DNA of 63,578 nucleotides, counting the filler, from Bigelowiella natans CCMP2755 (taxonomy: Eukaryota; Protista; Cercozoa): assembly GCA_000320545.1 (NCBI GenBank). It is 6 parts of 6 records of this genome, joined end to end, with 100 filler letters (N's around TTAATTAATTAA, not from the genome) between each part and the next. Parts side by side here need not be neighbours in the genome. Positions count along the whole stretch, not along the records: positions 1 to 25,830 come from ADNK01000637.1; positions 25,931 to 55,799 come from ADNK01003507.1; 4 more parts are not named here. One strand, 5' to 3'. The stretch's first letter is position 1. Each line of letters begins with the position of its first letter. The position numbers were made by a program, and so were the translations under genes. Shown one piece after another: positions 14,755-27,089 of the stretch. The notes under the pieces are model-generated. The model was not told the origin of the DNA. It saw only the letters and a program-made list of their open reading frames with translations, and searched no databases.

Positions 14755-15700
14755 ATGCCGGAGCTTCCAGAATGCGAAGCTGCTCGGCGCCTGGTGGAGA
14801 GAAATTGCGTCGGAAGGACGATTGAGAAGGTGACAGTGTGACGATTTTATTCGAGGAACCATAATCGGTGTTTGGTTGTAGGAGCCTGGCCTCTCATCCT
14901 GTTTGAATGCATTCAGCTAGCTTAAGGTTTATGGTCCATGCCGCATTCTCTGAGGTGTATCGTTGCAGGTCATAGACACCGAGGAGGGAGGAGGGCCGAG
15001 GACAGGACAATTTGATGACATCATCATGGACAATGTAGAACAATATCAAGAGCGCCGATGAGAGTCGCGGATTTGTTCTCAGACCTATCGTGATGTGACG
15101 GTGCACGTGTTTTCTCCTCCCCCCCTCCCCACCCCCCACACACACTCACTCACATTCTTACTTCGCACGCCAGCTTGCACCAGGAGACATTGGCCAGATG
15201 CTGAAAGGGCGGCGCTTAGACGCCGTGAAACGAAAAGGAAAGAACATCTGGTGGGAGCTAAGTGGTATTGGGCCAAGGTTAAAAAATATTAACATTACAC
15301 TTTCTCTTTTCCTCTTTCGTAGTACAAAAGATTGCAGGGAATATTTATTAGGGAAATGATTCAATACAACTTCAAAATGGATGATGTTTGTCCGTGGCTG
15401 TTGTATTGAACTGTCCTCACGTTATTCGCCAAACCTTGATCTGTTTCGTCACTGCTGAGTATTTACGTATGCTCACAGCATCTTATTCCACTTTGGAATG
15501 ACGGGAGCATTCCTCATCTTGGGCATCAACGATCATGTCGAATACCAAAACTTCAAGGTTATATAAATCGCCATTAGCACCAGCATTTCATCTCATTACC
15601 GCAGCATCTTCGCTTGCTTTCGTCGATCAAATACAGGCCTGATCGCCATACAATAAATGAGACTCGTGAAATGCAACCTCTGCTGATAAACATCACCACC

Positions 15701-15746
<46 letters not shown>

Positions 15747-16270
15747 CCGCAGCACCGCAGCGAGGACTGGCCTCCTCGTTACACAAAGCTCAGAGTAGTC
15801 TTTGAAGGTGAATATTAACACTAAGAAGAGGAGAGCAGGAATGTTTACGATGGAAAGGGGGAGGGGGGGGGAGAGGTGAGCATATGTCACTCGCACACAT
15901 GCAATTTTGATTCAAATATATGGTGCACGTTGCTGCTGTTCTGATTGATACACGACGCAGGTGGAGTTGAGGCGGCATTTGCTGTCCCACGACGAATAGG
16001 CCGAGTACGCCTTCGGTTGTGAGAATGACATCCTTTACACGATAGCACTAATTCGTAGACAGCGAGAGCACGTATCAAGTTTGTGCGTTTAGACTATAAA
16101 GGAAGGGGGGGGGGGGGGGGGGGGGGAGAATTTCTATATGCTCCTGAGGGGGAGACGAGGTTGTACTGAAGTGAATGGTAATTACCACGAAAGACAATCC
16201 GTCCTAAATGAACCCCCGATATCGAAGCTTGCACCTGACCCTCTCACATCACTGCCAAGCCTCCCGGTAT

Positions 16271-16324
<54 letters not shown>

Positions 16325-17592
16325 TGATGGTATTATATCTGAGTTAGGACTTTCAAGCTTCTGTGCTCACAAGAGAGAAGGCGATCAAAGCCGTACTACT
16401 GGATCAAGAGATGCTGATTAGTGGGGTGGGTCCTTGTTCACCTGTCTCATATCTTACTACTGCGAACAATTGATAAACAAAAGAATGAATGGATGGTGCG
16501 AGGACTTATGGCTTCCATTCGCTCATAGATCAACACACAAATTATTCTCCTCAATTCTACACACAACGATGTACAGGTTGGGAACTGGGTATGCGACGAA
16601 ATACTATACCACAGCCGAATAGCCCCATCAGCGGTTGCAGCCTCTCTCGACGACAACCAGAGTGAGTTTTTGTGCGTGTTGGATGGGCGGGGTTTGCCGT
16701 TTCGTTGGGAATTAAACCTCGCGAACCTCCTCGCTTCTTCGCCTCCCCTCCTCACTACCACTCCTCTTCTACATTTGAAAACGAATGCCCGCCTTCTCTC
16801 CATCCGCAACAGCACTGTGCTCGCAGCTTTGATGAAAAGGTTCCCACATGACTATTTTTTATTGATGTGCGGCCATATATTCACCCAGTAAAAAGACTAT
16901 GGGAAGCAACATCGTCCGTGATTGGCGCTGCGTGTGAGGTAGAAGCTGACAGCGGTAAATTTCCGAAATCCTGGTTGTTTCACCGCCGCTGGGGCATCAA
17001 GCGGGGGGGGAAAGGGAAAAGCAAAAAACGCGCCAGTAGCAGTAGCAGCAGCAGCAGCAGCACAGCCGCCAAGAGAAGGAAGAAGGGGGACGAAGAGAAG
17101 GGGAGCGGCAAAGCTTCGGAGGGGATCAAGAAAGAGCAAAATGACGACGACAACAATGGTGATAATACATCATCAGGTAGTGCAATAGTGGCAGTAGTAG
17201 TAGTAGCAGTCCAAGAGCCTCAAATAAGCATATTGCTACTACTAGAGTGGAGAGTCTCCTCTTTTCTTCAGTACCAAGCTAACACCAAATGTATATATAA
17301 TGCATTAACAATTAAGTACCTCGTTATCTTGTAAGTCTCATGTGTGTGATACTGTCTGGTGTGTTTATTTTGCCAACCCCACCCAATTGGCGTTGCTCGA
17401 TGATTCATGCGCTTGGGTGGGGGGGGGCGACTGGTGGGTTGAGAAGGCAAAGACTCGTACGGAAACGCTCTCAGAGTGCAGACTGTGGCAGGAAGGACAA
17501 CGGTGTGGGTGCCCTCGGTAATATTAGCTTCGCAATATTGACGGAGCACATGTATGTCACGTGAGTATTTCTTTGCAATGTGGGCTAACGCA

Positions 17593-17634
<42 letters not shown>

Positions 17635-17642
17635 CGCACATG

Positions 17643-17680
<38 letters not shown>

Positions 17681-18121
17681 CAAAATACTCGTAACATGGC
17701 TGTCGATAATCACGTACTTGCATGCATGCAGCTTCAGAGGGCTGGACAGCGTTGCCGCAGCAAGACGGGGACCAAAAGCCGGAAAAAAACAGCATCCTCC
17801 ACGAGGCGCTCCTCCATTGTGAAGAAAGAAAAAACAAGCAGCAAGAATGTTGCTGGTGATATAATTCGTGGTGGTGGTGGTGGCGGCGGGACCGACGAAA
17901 AACGCAAGAGCAATAAGAGACTAAAGAAAAGTCAGAAGAAGACAGAAGATGAGGATGAGAGAGAACCAACACCAAATGACAGTATAAACAAGCTCAGTAA
18001 CAGCAAACGAAGAAAAGATGCGAAGAGGATAATCTCGAAGCCCAAGATCGCACGTCCTCCTCCGGGTAACAGCAAAAGAAGAAGTAGCCGTCGAATCTCA
18101 GCAGGCAGTAGGAAACCATGA
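14755..18121 (+). CDS. FPG: Formamidopyrimidine-DNA glycosylase (Fpg/MutM/Nei family, zincless plant/fungal type) with basic low-complexity tail
   Basis: Starts MPELPECEAARRLVE; later exons give KRKGKNIWW, HFGMTG, EDWPPRYTK, ISKLAPDPL, IKAVLLDQE..ISG|VGNWVCDEILY (H2TH), FPKSWLFHRRW and VAGRTTVWVPS (zincless finger); K/R-rich tail to stop at 18121. Confidence 0.93.
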
Positions 18122-19173
18122 AGTATGGTCAATAGTACAAAATGTAGCGAGAATGATCAAGATTGTTACATGCCATCGGAGCAGCCCGGAGCCGCTCACC
18201 ATGACAAAATGAATGGTTGATATGTACGACATACACATGCAGTATGGAACAAACTGCTGAAATAGAAGATGACGAGCTTACATATTAGACGGATGTAATA
18301 AATAAATAAATTAAATTGCAGGCTATCAATAGTCACGAGCTTAACATATGCAACATTATCTAAAAAGCGACCATTAGCCAAATTGCATGCGGCATCAATT
18401 TTGTAAAGGAAATAGCGCGATCCGATACGGTCCCACTAAAAGCGCATTTGTTTGTGCGTTATCGAATGGAAGCAAGGCGTCGTTCCTCTGTCCTCTACCA
18501 CTCTAGCGCTGCTATGCTCACAGATAGCTTATAAGCTGTAATGTTTGGTACAGCTGCTGATGAAATCAGCGCGAAGGTTATATCGTAACAATAGCTCAGT
18601 CGAATGATTAGCGTCATATGTCGTTGCAGTTGTAATATGTAGGCAAGCTACAAACAATTAATGCAGTAGAAGCAATTGGCGCCAGAAGATTTCTCGCAAA
18701 CTGCAAGACTACGCGGCATTTTAAGTTATAAACGTAACTATGCTTGGCGCTCTGGCGCTCAGTCATACCAAAGTTTTGTGATGATGGAATATATTAGCAC
18801 TCCTTCAGTCTAGCAGAGTTTCTGCAGATACAGATTGTGATCTCTAGAAGAATATAGTCATAATCGCGTTACATGCATAGGTAGCTTGTAATGCAACGGA
18901 CATGCACGACATATATGCACGACATATATGCACATGTGCGTATAACTTTGTACTTTTTTTTTTTTAAAGAAGAAAGAATCTTAAAGCGGGGGACGGACTC
19001 ATTGACTTTACGCAAATAAGACCTACGACTGGAATTCAATCGAAGTCTTTTACAATACACCAAAGAGTGTTTCATTATTGCTCATCAAAGCCATTGGTAT
19101 AGCAAGTGGGCACAAGAAGCAGCCGAACCTCACTGTATGGCAAAACGTAAAGCTAAAATGCCCGCTGAAAGGT

Positions 19174-20880
19174 TTACTCCGACTTGTCCTTTCTCAGGTC
19201 TTCCTGCCTGCTAAATCCACACGACGCGCACAGAAGTGCTTGAGCAAGATAGTACGTGATCATCACGGCCAACTGAGCATTAACACTCCTTTCATAACCA
19301 AAAAGCAAGGAAAAAAAGGGGAAATAAAGATGAGTCCCTATCACGTTCTTGAAATATCCGTCTTAGATATGTCTCCGCAACTGCCTGAGCAGCACCATCA
19401 TTCGAGCAACTGTTGCAGAGTGAGTAGTAGTAAATCATGCTTTCATGTTTCCCATACACCATGATCGTTTTGTCGTCGGTCCGTTGTCATGTGACAAGAG
19501 TGTTGGCAATCTCACCTCTTCGGGACTGCAGGATGAAAATCGCGTAGCGCTAAGATAGTGTCACTGGCGATGAAGACTAATGATCCTAATGCGGCCATGA
19601 TGATGTTCCCTCCCCCTCTTTCACCGGTACTACTGAAGAGTTTGGCTATCGCGCTCCACCCCATCGTTCCAATCACAAGAGCGTAGACTATTACCGGAAT
19701 CTGTGATGTTTGCGACAAGAACAAGAACGAACTCACGTAAGCGTGAGGCAAGTTTCGAAGAAGAGGAGAACGCAAACATGAATGGTATAGCAGTAGCAAG
19801 TGGCAAATGAAAGAGAGCGAGGCGTGCATCCCTTATCGGGATCTGATAGCTACCACTCATACATGCTATTGCTGTCCGCAATGCGACCGGAAACCAACAT
19901 GTGTCATTCCCTTTCTTTGCTACGACCGGCTTACCTTTAATTCAGGCTGCAAGTGAGGTTCTAGCACAACAAACATCCCGCCCGCATATAGGAGGCAGAT
20001 AAGCAGCAGACCGACAGATGCTATTCTTAGCTTAGGTAATCCAAAGGCCCAGATGTAAAGCAGATGTGCAACGAGAAACGAACCCAGCCCTCCAATAAAA
20101 ATGTCCACCACTGGAATATCGGATATGTAAAGTTATGAGGATATCGTAGCGCTCTCTGATTCTATAAGAAATATGCCATTGATATGGGGCGGAGGGGTGA
20201 TGCGGGCGATCTGTTTGTTCGTGATGTTGCTTCCGCTAGATATCAACCTGGAAGGAGGAGGATGTCGCCAAGCGAAGAAAGTAGTAATCCCCACATAACT
20301 CCACGATTGTAGTGGTAATTATGGAAGGATGGCCTCGCCCACTGTGATACGAGCCAGGCCATGGCCCAGATTGGAACCTGCGTAGAATGATGAATGATTA
20401 GCTTTTTGGAAGAGGCGTGTGGTGGAATAATGCAAAGCTGTGTTGTTTTTGGTCGTTGAGGCGATAGGATTGAAGAAAACGCAACAGTCAGGGGCAAACA
20501 TGATGGTACACAATAACACAATTTGTATTTCGAATTACCGGTTTCGAAATGGTGTGGAGAATTGACAGGCTCTCAGGCGTGATGGGAATGACTGTCGCTC
20601 CGACCCTGATCTCGAGTTGCCCTCTTGCATTAGTACGAAAAGGTTTATTATCAGGTTTGATAGTTGAAAAATGAACATTTTGTCACAACTGCTCCCGTTT
20701 TCTTCCCTCCCTTATCGGCGATAACACAAATGAATCGTGAAAGACAAACCTCGCGTGACTCCGGAGCACACATGCAAAGTGGAGCATTGCCGCGGAGAAT
20801 GCTAACATGGAGATTAGTGCTGAAGACGTTGAGGATGTTGATGATCCTGCGACGGACGATGATTCTTTAGGATTCGACAT
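19174..20880 (-). CDS. YhhN/TMEM86 family membrane protein (lysoplasmalogenase-like)
   Basis: Exons give ILHTISKP|VPIWAMAWLV, GLLLSSLGDILL, FIGGLGSFLVAHLLYIWAF, PVIVYALVIGTM, LGSLVFIASDTILALRDF and VMITYYLAQALL, the characteristic YhhN motifs. Confidence 0.88.
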
Positions 20881-21183
20881 CCTACTGCCCTCCTATCCCG
20901 TGTAGTGCAAATTAGATTGAGTAGGGTATGAGAGGGTATGCGATACAGCCGATGTGTATTATCCGCACTGGAATCTAGGGAAATATATGTTTTTGCCTTG
21001 TCGCAATTGATATTTGTCCTGCTTCCGCCGTCCGACATCCATTCCGTGCGCTGCGTCTAGGTTAGCGGCTTGAAGTAGGTGGGAGGTCGCCTGCATTTCG
21101 ATAGTTTTCTTCTGTTCGTTCTTTCGCGACTCTCGGGCCGAAAGGAGCGAGCACAGGTGCACCTCGGGAAAGAGCATTCGACG

Positions 21184-22240
21184 ATGGCGACCAACAAAAA
21201 TGTAAAAATGCCTTGCGAAAATAATACGGCTGCTATGAAAGCCATGATTTCCGGGTATGCGAATTCCGAGTGGATGGAGATGAAAACAGGATCCAGAGAA
21301 CTGTACCAGATTGTCAACATGGTGGAGGAATTCACTTCAAAAAGGGAAAGATGTGGCAACATCTAAACAGCGAGAACGTGGAAAGACCCTCAGTTGTTCG
21401 ATGAAGTAATTCTCACAGAATTTTACTATTGGAACATCATTGGAGAGGGTGCATTTGGATCCGTGCACCTTTCTAATCTTTATGGCCAGCCCGTCGCAGT
21501 GAAACGCTTAAAAGTATTGGACGTCAAGAAGGTTCTCTACCGTGGTCCACCCCATTGCTATGTACTTCGATATTGCATTTGTTTCCTGCTGCTACTATCG
21601 CTACTGTATATGAGAATAGCAAGTTGACTTAATAAACAATAAGTATTACATATGTATTCAATCATCCACAGAAGGACGTAACGAACCAACTACATGTGAT
21701 GCTTACCCTCCGCCATCCGAATGTTGCAGAATACCTAGGGGTCGCTATCTTCCACTGAGTACTATCTATCATGTCAAAGTACATGGAATGGGACACGCTG
21801 TATGACTTAGTAGGGAAAAAACGAAAAAATGGCAAACAACTGCCCATGTAGAGGATCATCAAATTCCTAGAGGATATTGCTCTGGGGCTCAGTTGGCTTC
21901 ACCATCGGGGCAATATTCATTGAGATCTTAAACCTACCAATATCGTACCTAATGGAGGGAAAAGGAGATGTAAGATTTGTTCATAACAAATAGCTGTAAT
22001 GTCGCAGCAGCCTTTAAAGTATAGATATGATTATTGACACAGGAATCTTGGTTGTAGTTAGTCATTTTTATTATTTCTTATTTTCTTTGAGAACTTTTTG
22101 ATGGGTTAGTTATTACTGTACTCTTATTTCAATCTTAATCATAATTTATATCGATAATTTTGGACTGGCCCATGAAAACCTCGAAGCGCACGTCAGGCCA
22201 TCACGGGATGTGCGTTACGCGGCCCCCGAGGCATTCTAAA
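21184..22240 (+). pseudogene. Tyrosine-kinase-like (TKL) protein kinase pseudogene
   Basis: IGEGAFGSVH, VAVKRLK, LRHPNV, GLSWLHH..IH*DLKPTNI, IDNFGLA, RYAAPE; in-frame stops TAA 21364, TGA 21756, TAG 21849, TGA 21921 (replaces the Arg of HRD); DFG changed to NFG; C-lobe not traceable after APE. Confidence 0.85.
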
Positions 22241-22766
22241 CTTTGTCACATGCAGTTTTTCCATTCACAAGTCATGGATGACATGATGAAATGATCAATG
22301 TCAAATCAAGCTTGGCCTTGCACATGACGCATGCATCGCAGCGCATCACGAATGACAACATTGTGTGTGTCTGAGCTTTGTCCAGTTGTCGCGCTGACTC
22401 TGAACTGCACGTCGCCCTAGTCAGCGGCGTGTGCCAATGCTAGCAATGGGGACGTGCCGAGCGCGCATTTGCATGCTTTCAGCTGACGAGTTGAGAGACG
22501 TACGTGGCCTTCTAGCCTTGCCGACAGGATCAATCAGAGGAGGTTCCCGTGCCTGCTCTGACTTTGCATGGGCTAGTGGGGCCGTCGAGACAGCGATCCA
22601 CGATTTTGTCGTCCTGCACTGAATCGGGCATTGGGCTGCAAGCGTGCATCGTTGCTGCGTCTGCAAGAGGAGAGTCCTTGATGTGTGTGCAATGCACACA
22701 ATGTGCACACATGGCGGGGTGAATTTGTTTTCATGCATGTGATTGCTAGCAACCATCATCACATGC
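22240..22766. other. TpA-depleted island A
   Basis: Hand count: 6 TpA in ~527 bp, 5 in CTAG (22417, 22440, 22512, 22573, 22746) and 1 in GTAC; rich in TGCA/CATG; CpG retained. Confidence 0.85.
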
Positions 22767-23027
22767 GTACGTAGTAGAATTGAACACATCTGATCACGGG
22801 TTCAAGCTAGATGCACGTTTAGCAATTAACACAAATTCATGCGTTCTATGATCATGGACATAGATTTTGCAGTGCTTCTTTTTTTTGACGTAGGACATCA
22901 GATTTTATAAAATTCTTGTTCTACAGATTGGCTAGTATACTGTACAAGAAGGGGTCTGCCTATCGTTCCCTCGTAAAATTATGAAGTTATTCTCCGATTC
23001 GACAAAAAACCCTCATAGGAGATATTA

Positions 23028-23665
23028 TCACAAGGCGAGTTCCTCAATTTCGTCTAGGGTAACTCGCCTATCTCGACACTCCGAGCTACAGTAAGGTTCG
23101 TCACGATACATATAAACGGATCCCTTGAAAATTTTCTCTAAGTCCTCCTTACATTCTTGGCAAATTGTACTACAAACATCCCCGTCCGAAGTTCGCTTCC
23201 TTCGCCTTTTTTTCAATTTAGAGAGGGGGGCTTCGAATGCAGCCACGAGTTCCGCTAAACTGGTGGTACTAGAAGCTGGTGAGAGGGAGGCGGGCGTAGA
23301 GGAAGACGATGCATTTGAGATGTCTGAAGAATTTCGAGCGAGAGGTCTTTTCCGGGTGAAGTACATGGATAGCGGTGTATCCTGGGCGTGAACTTGATTT
23401 CTGATGAGGATACAAGTTATTGGTGCTAAATTTAGTCGATCATCTCTCAACGAACTAACAGAAAGCAACATGTACATATACATATTTTGTGTGTAAAATT
23501 CCTTCAGCAGATCGGCTAAAATAATATTCTTATATAGCGAAATAAAGAGACAACTTACAATGTCGGAAGATGCCCTGTGCTGGTGCCATTATTTATACTG
23601 GTCTTACTCTCGTCGAAGGGGAGAAGGTGATTACAACTCCTTCGCTTGCGTGTAGGGGTTGCCAT
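23028..23665 (-). CDS. FLZ (FCS-like zinc finger, DUF581-type) domain protein
   Basis: Last exon ends CQECKEDLEKIFKGSVYMYRDEPYCSSECRDRRVTLDE, matching the CxxC...(I/V)YMYR...(F/Y)CSxECR FLZ consensus; probable first exon MATPTRKRRSC from ATG at 23665. Confidence 0.72.
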
Positions 23666-24199
23666 TCTCTGTGAGATGCTGCTGTGTTGGATGAGTTGTA
23701 TCGTGACCCCGTTTGGTGGGAGGTATACAATGGCAAACCCTACTTTTAGTTCCAGCCCTATCTACGATCATATGTTAGAAAATCGATCGAAATCGAAGCC
23801 ATTTATGAATTAAATATGACACTTATATGTGTCGTATCTTAATAATGTCCAGAAATCAACAGACGAGATTTTAATGAATCGACTCGCACAATCTTAATGT
23901 CCCTACAGTGCCCCTTGTGAGTCACAGTGGCTTTCCCGGTACGACACGTCATGGCGCATTATTTCCCTCAAAGATGCAAGCCGTCTGTCGTGAAAGCTTT
24001 TCCCTGAATACCTAAGTTAATGCCATTGAAAATTTACTGTATCCTTAATCAGCGACATACTCACCTAAAACATTGCAAGGATACCGTGCCAGTTTGTTAA
24101 TTGAGGTTGGTCAGTTTTGGGTAGATTTACACATGATTCTTCATGCTCCAGACTCTTCACCTGCTTTAGTACCCTACGACTGCTTTTTAGTACCCTAGG

Positions 24200-25009
24200 A
24201 ACTGTCAAAAGTGATGAGTGTGGAAACTCGATGGCAACCTGCTCCCTGCAGCGTTTTCAACTTTGTTCACAGTTTCTGCTGCTTTGGCGTGCAAGGTTCG
24301 AGAGGAAAAGAGAGCCAATCAATCAATGTTTCAAAGAAATTCATTCATGTCGATTGAGCACGAGTCTTGAATCAAGGTGATGGGTTTGCTTTGGCCGCTT
24401 GAGGCACACCTTCCTTCCACCCACGTGTTGTGAGGCTGTCTGGGATTTTGGACGCACCACGCTGGCACGCACGCCACTCTTGTTGTCACAGGAGTCATTG
24501 CTTCGTCACGCAGCTTGAAGTGCAAAAGCTGACCATTTGTTGAGACTGCTGGCGACCACGCTGGCACACAGTCGCGCTGACCGCACCGCTCCAGCTGGCC
24601 AGCGTCGTTCGCAGCCGTCGGGCATGCATCGCACAAGCGAATCACGCGCTGCACGTGTGCCCTTTCTAGCTCTGATGAGCGCAATGTGTTGCTAGCATTG
24701 TGTGCATTGTGCATTGGATCAATGCATGCCACACGCGTGTGCGTGTGATGCAACACAATGAGTGCTCGGGCACACTTCATCCAATGATGGACACAGCAAC
24801 ATTGTGCACAACGTTGCGTCCGTTGTCAAGAAGATGCAGACATTGCATGCCATGCATGAAACAACGCATCACATGTGCACCATGAAAGCGCAGGCACGTG
24901 TGAATGGCCAGTGCGTCAGCAATTGCAAGTCGTCTAGTCGCACATGTGATGGTTAGCGCGGCTTCACTGCGTGTCCTTTCCACATCATGGAGCAAAAAAT
25001 TGTCATCGA
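24200..25009. other. TpA-depleted island B
   Basis: Hand count: 4 TpA in ~810 bp (CTAG at 24666, 24692, 24934; TTAG at 24953); none between 24200 and 24665. Confidence 0.9.
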
Positions 25010-25610
25010 TTATGTGCATTTTTCAATGCGTAGTATCCCACCATGGCGCTCGATCCTTCTCCTCTTTCTTTTTCCGCAGAATCTTCGATGCCCTCGAAGC
25101 CGTTGCAACCTTTGCACGGGTGCGCGTGATCTTAAGGGCCACTTTCGAGTGCCTGTATCCTCCACCGGGAGACGCGGCTCCACCGTTGACACCTGTATCG
25201 AAATTGTGTTTTAATATGTATATCACCAGAATTCAACTCGCTTGCCGATTAAGACCGCTTACAAAGCAAAGGCTGTATTAAATCCATCTCTCCCACCACA
25301 TTTCATTGTCGCTCGCTGAAGACGATAAGGCATCAACAATAGTCTCCAATACCCGTGCTCAGCTTTAAGGGAGATAGGGCCTTGTTACTTTTTCCGTCAG
25401 CTGTTCCATGTGCTGTGGAGTTGCACAATATCTGCTTCGCCTGCACACGTAGATATGGACACCACGCAGTGAGTTTCTACTCGTAGTCAACCTCTGGTAT
25501 AGCGCGTATTCGTAATAATCTAGCTTTCATGGGGTCAGAATCATCGTGCGACAATATCGAGAGATGATTTAGCCATCCATTAAAGTGTACCCTCCCTTTC
25601 ACAACCCCTC

Positions 25611-25670
<60 letters not shown>

Positions 25671-25830
25671 TGTGTGTGTGTGTGTGTGTGTGTGTTCGCG
25701 ACGCGCGCGTCGTGTGTAGTTTTTTCTATATATACACACACTCACTCTCTGAGAGAGAGAGAGAGATATATATACACACGCGCGCGCGCGCTCGCGCGCG
25801 CGGGGGGGGGCGCGCGCGCGCGCGCGCGCG

Positions 25831-25930
25831 NNNNNNNNNNNNNNNNNNNNNNNNNNNNNNNNNNNNNNNNNNNNTTAATTAATTAANNNNNNNNNNNNNN
25901 NNNNNNNNNNNNNNNNNNNNNNNNNNNNNN
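25831..25930. other. Assembly spacer N44-TTAATTAATTAA-N44 (six-frame stop linker)
   Basis: Identical 100-bp pattern occurs five times in the window; artificial. Confidence 0.97.
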
Positions 25931-26194
25931 CCCCCCCCCCCCCCCCCCTTTACTTCATCTTGCCCCACCTTGATGCCCCCTCATGTCTATTTGACCCCTC
26001 TTCTTTGGGGTTTTTCCTTTTAACCCTCACGGATTGGGAGGTACTGTAGCAACCAGTCCCCCCCCCCCCCCCCCCCTCTAAAAAGTAAACCTTGTTCCGA
26101 GGGTCTCTCTCTCTCTCCCTCTCTCTCTCCCTCCCTCTTATTAATGTGTGTAGCGCTGCTTGTGACACCTCCTCCTGCCCTTGCTCCCTTCATC

Positions 26195-26780
26195 AGCTTG
26201 CTGCCGTGTTCCCCACCCTCGTCGGCGTGGCCCTTGTGAGCTTGTCGCAGTACACGTATGGCCTGCCCTACTGGAGGACGGTGATGATGAGCGGGTACTT
26301 ACTACTGCTACTAGTACTGCTACGATGTGCCTTCACCGTTCGCAATGCAAGCAGCAGGCTTATTGATCTGAGTTACACATGAAAATAAACTAACTGTGCC
26401 ATTTGTCTCGGAAGGTATAATCCTGCCCACCTTCTTGACGCCGCAGAGCGCGTGCATGCCTGTTGGGTGAGGTACAGCACTGGCCAGGAGACCGTGCTGT
26501 CTAAGGCGATCCAGGAGCGCTACTCCGGCAAGGAGGTCAGGAGCGTTTCTTCCATAAGGTACGGGCACACGGTTCAAGCCCACACACACAACACACAACA
26601 CACACACACACACGCAACGCACGCACATGATATATACATACGTGTATAGTACTTCAGTATAGGATCATGCTCTGTGCATCCTTTGTTGTTCGGCGCACCG
26701 CAATACGCTTCACCACTGTCCCCCCCCCCCCCATTCAGGCCTCCGCCGCGCTTCCTTGAGGATTTCCGTAGCAAAATGTG
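26195..26780 (+). CDS. 3' fragment of a spliced gene, unknown product
   Basis: Exon-like blocks LAAVFPTLVGVALVSLSQYTYGLPYWRT, YSTGQETVLSKAIQERYSGKEVRSVSSIR (GT follows) and PPPRFLEDFRSKM*; begins near the contig edge. Confidence 0.35.
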
Positions 26781-27089
26781 AAGCGGGGAGGACGGTTTCG
26801 TGCAACATCATCACGAAGCTAGCGCATGCAGGCGTAGGATGTTCTTTGGAATTACTCCTCCATCTACTACACTCAGCGTTTGCGGCTAAAATCAGTAGCA
26901 TCATGCGCTGACGCTACAAAAACGTACCAGCACACACAATGCATTTCCAGATGTGTGTACACATGTCAGATGTAAGGACAACAAAATGCATTTATTTGTA
27001 TGTGCACGTGAAAGATGCTCTAGGCGATGCGCAAGGTCTAGTTGGTTTGTGTCAAAAGATTGATACGAGAGACTGTTTGCTTTACCATG

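Larger units (their letters stand above)
1..18200. repeat. Region of very dense intronic microsatellites ((AT)n, (CA)n, (GA)n, (TAG)n, (CAT)n, (GAG)n, poly-G/C)
   Basis: Most introns carry one or more perfect SSR runs; these produce the many YIYI, CVCV, ERER and poly-X ORFs in the track. Confidence 0.95.

Noticed and set aside
1-18200. Many short ORFs with YIYI, CVCV, THTH, ERER and poly-L/H/M runs
   Set aside because: Translations of intronic microsatellites.
21364-21923. Stop-codon reassignment or readthrough to explain the kinase's internal stops
   Set aside because: All three stop types occur, catalytic motifs are also damaged, and other genes end at normal TAA/TGA/TAG with no internal stops.
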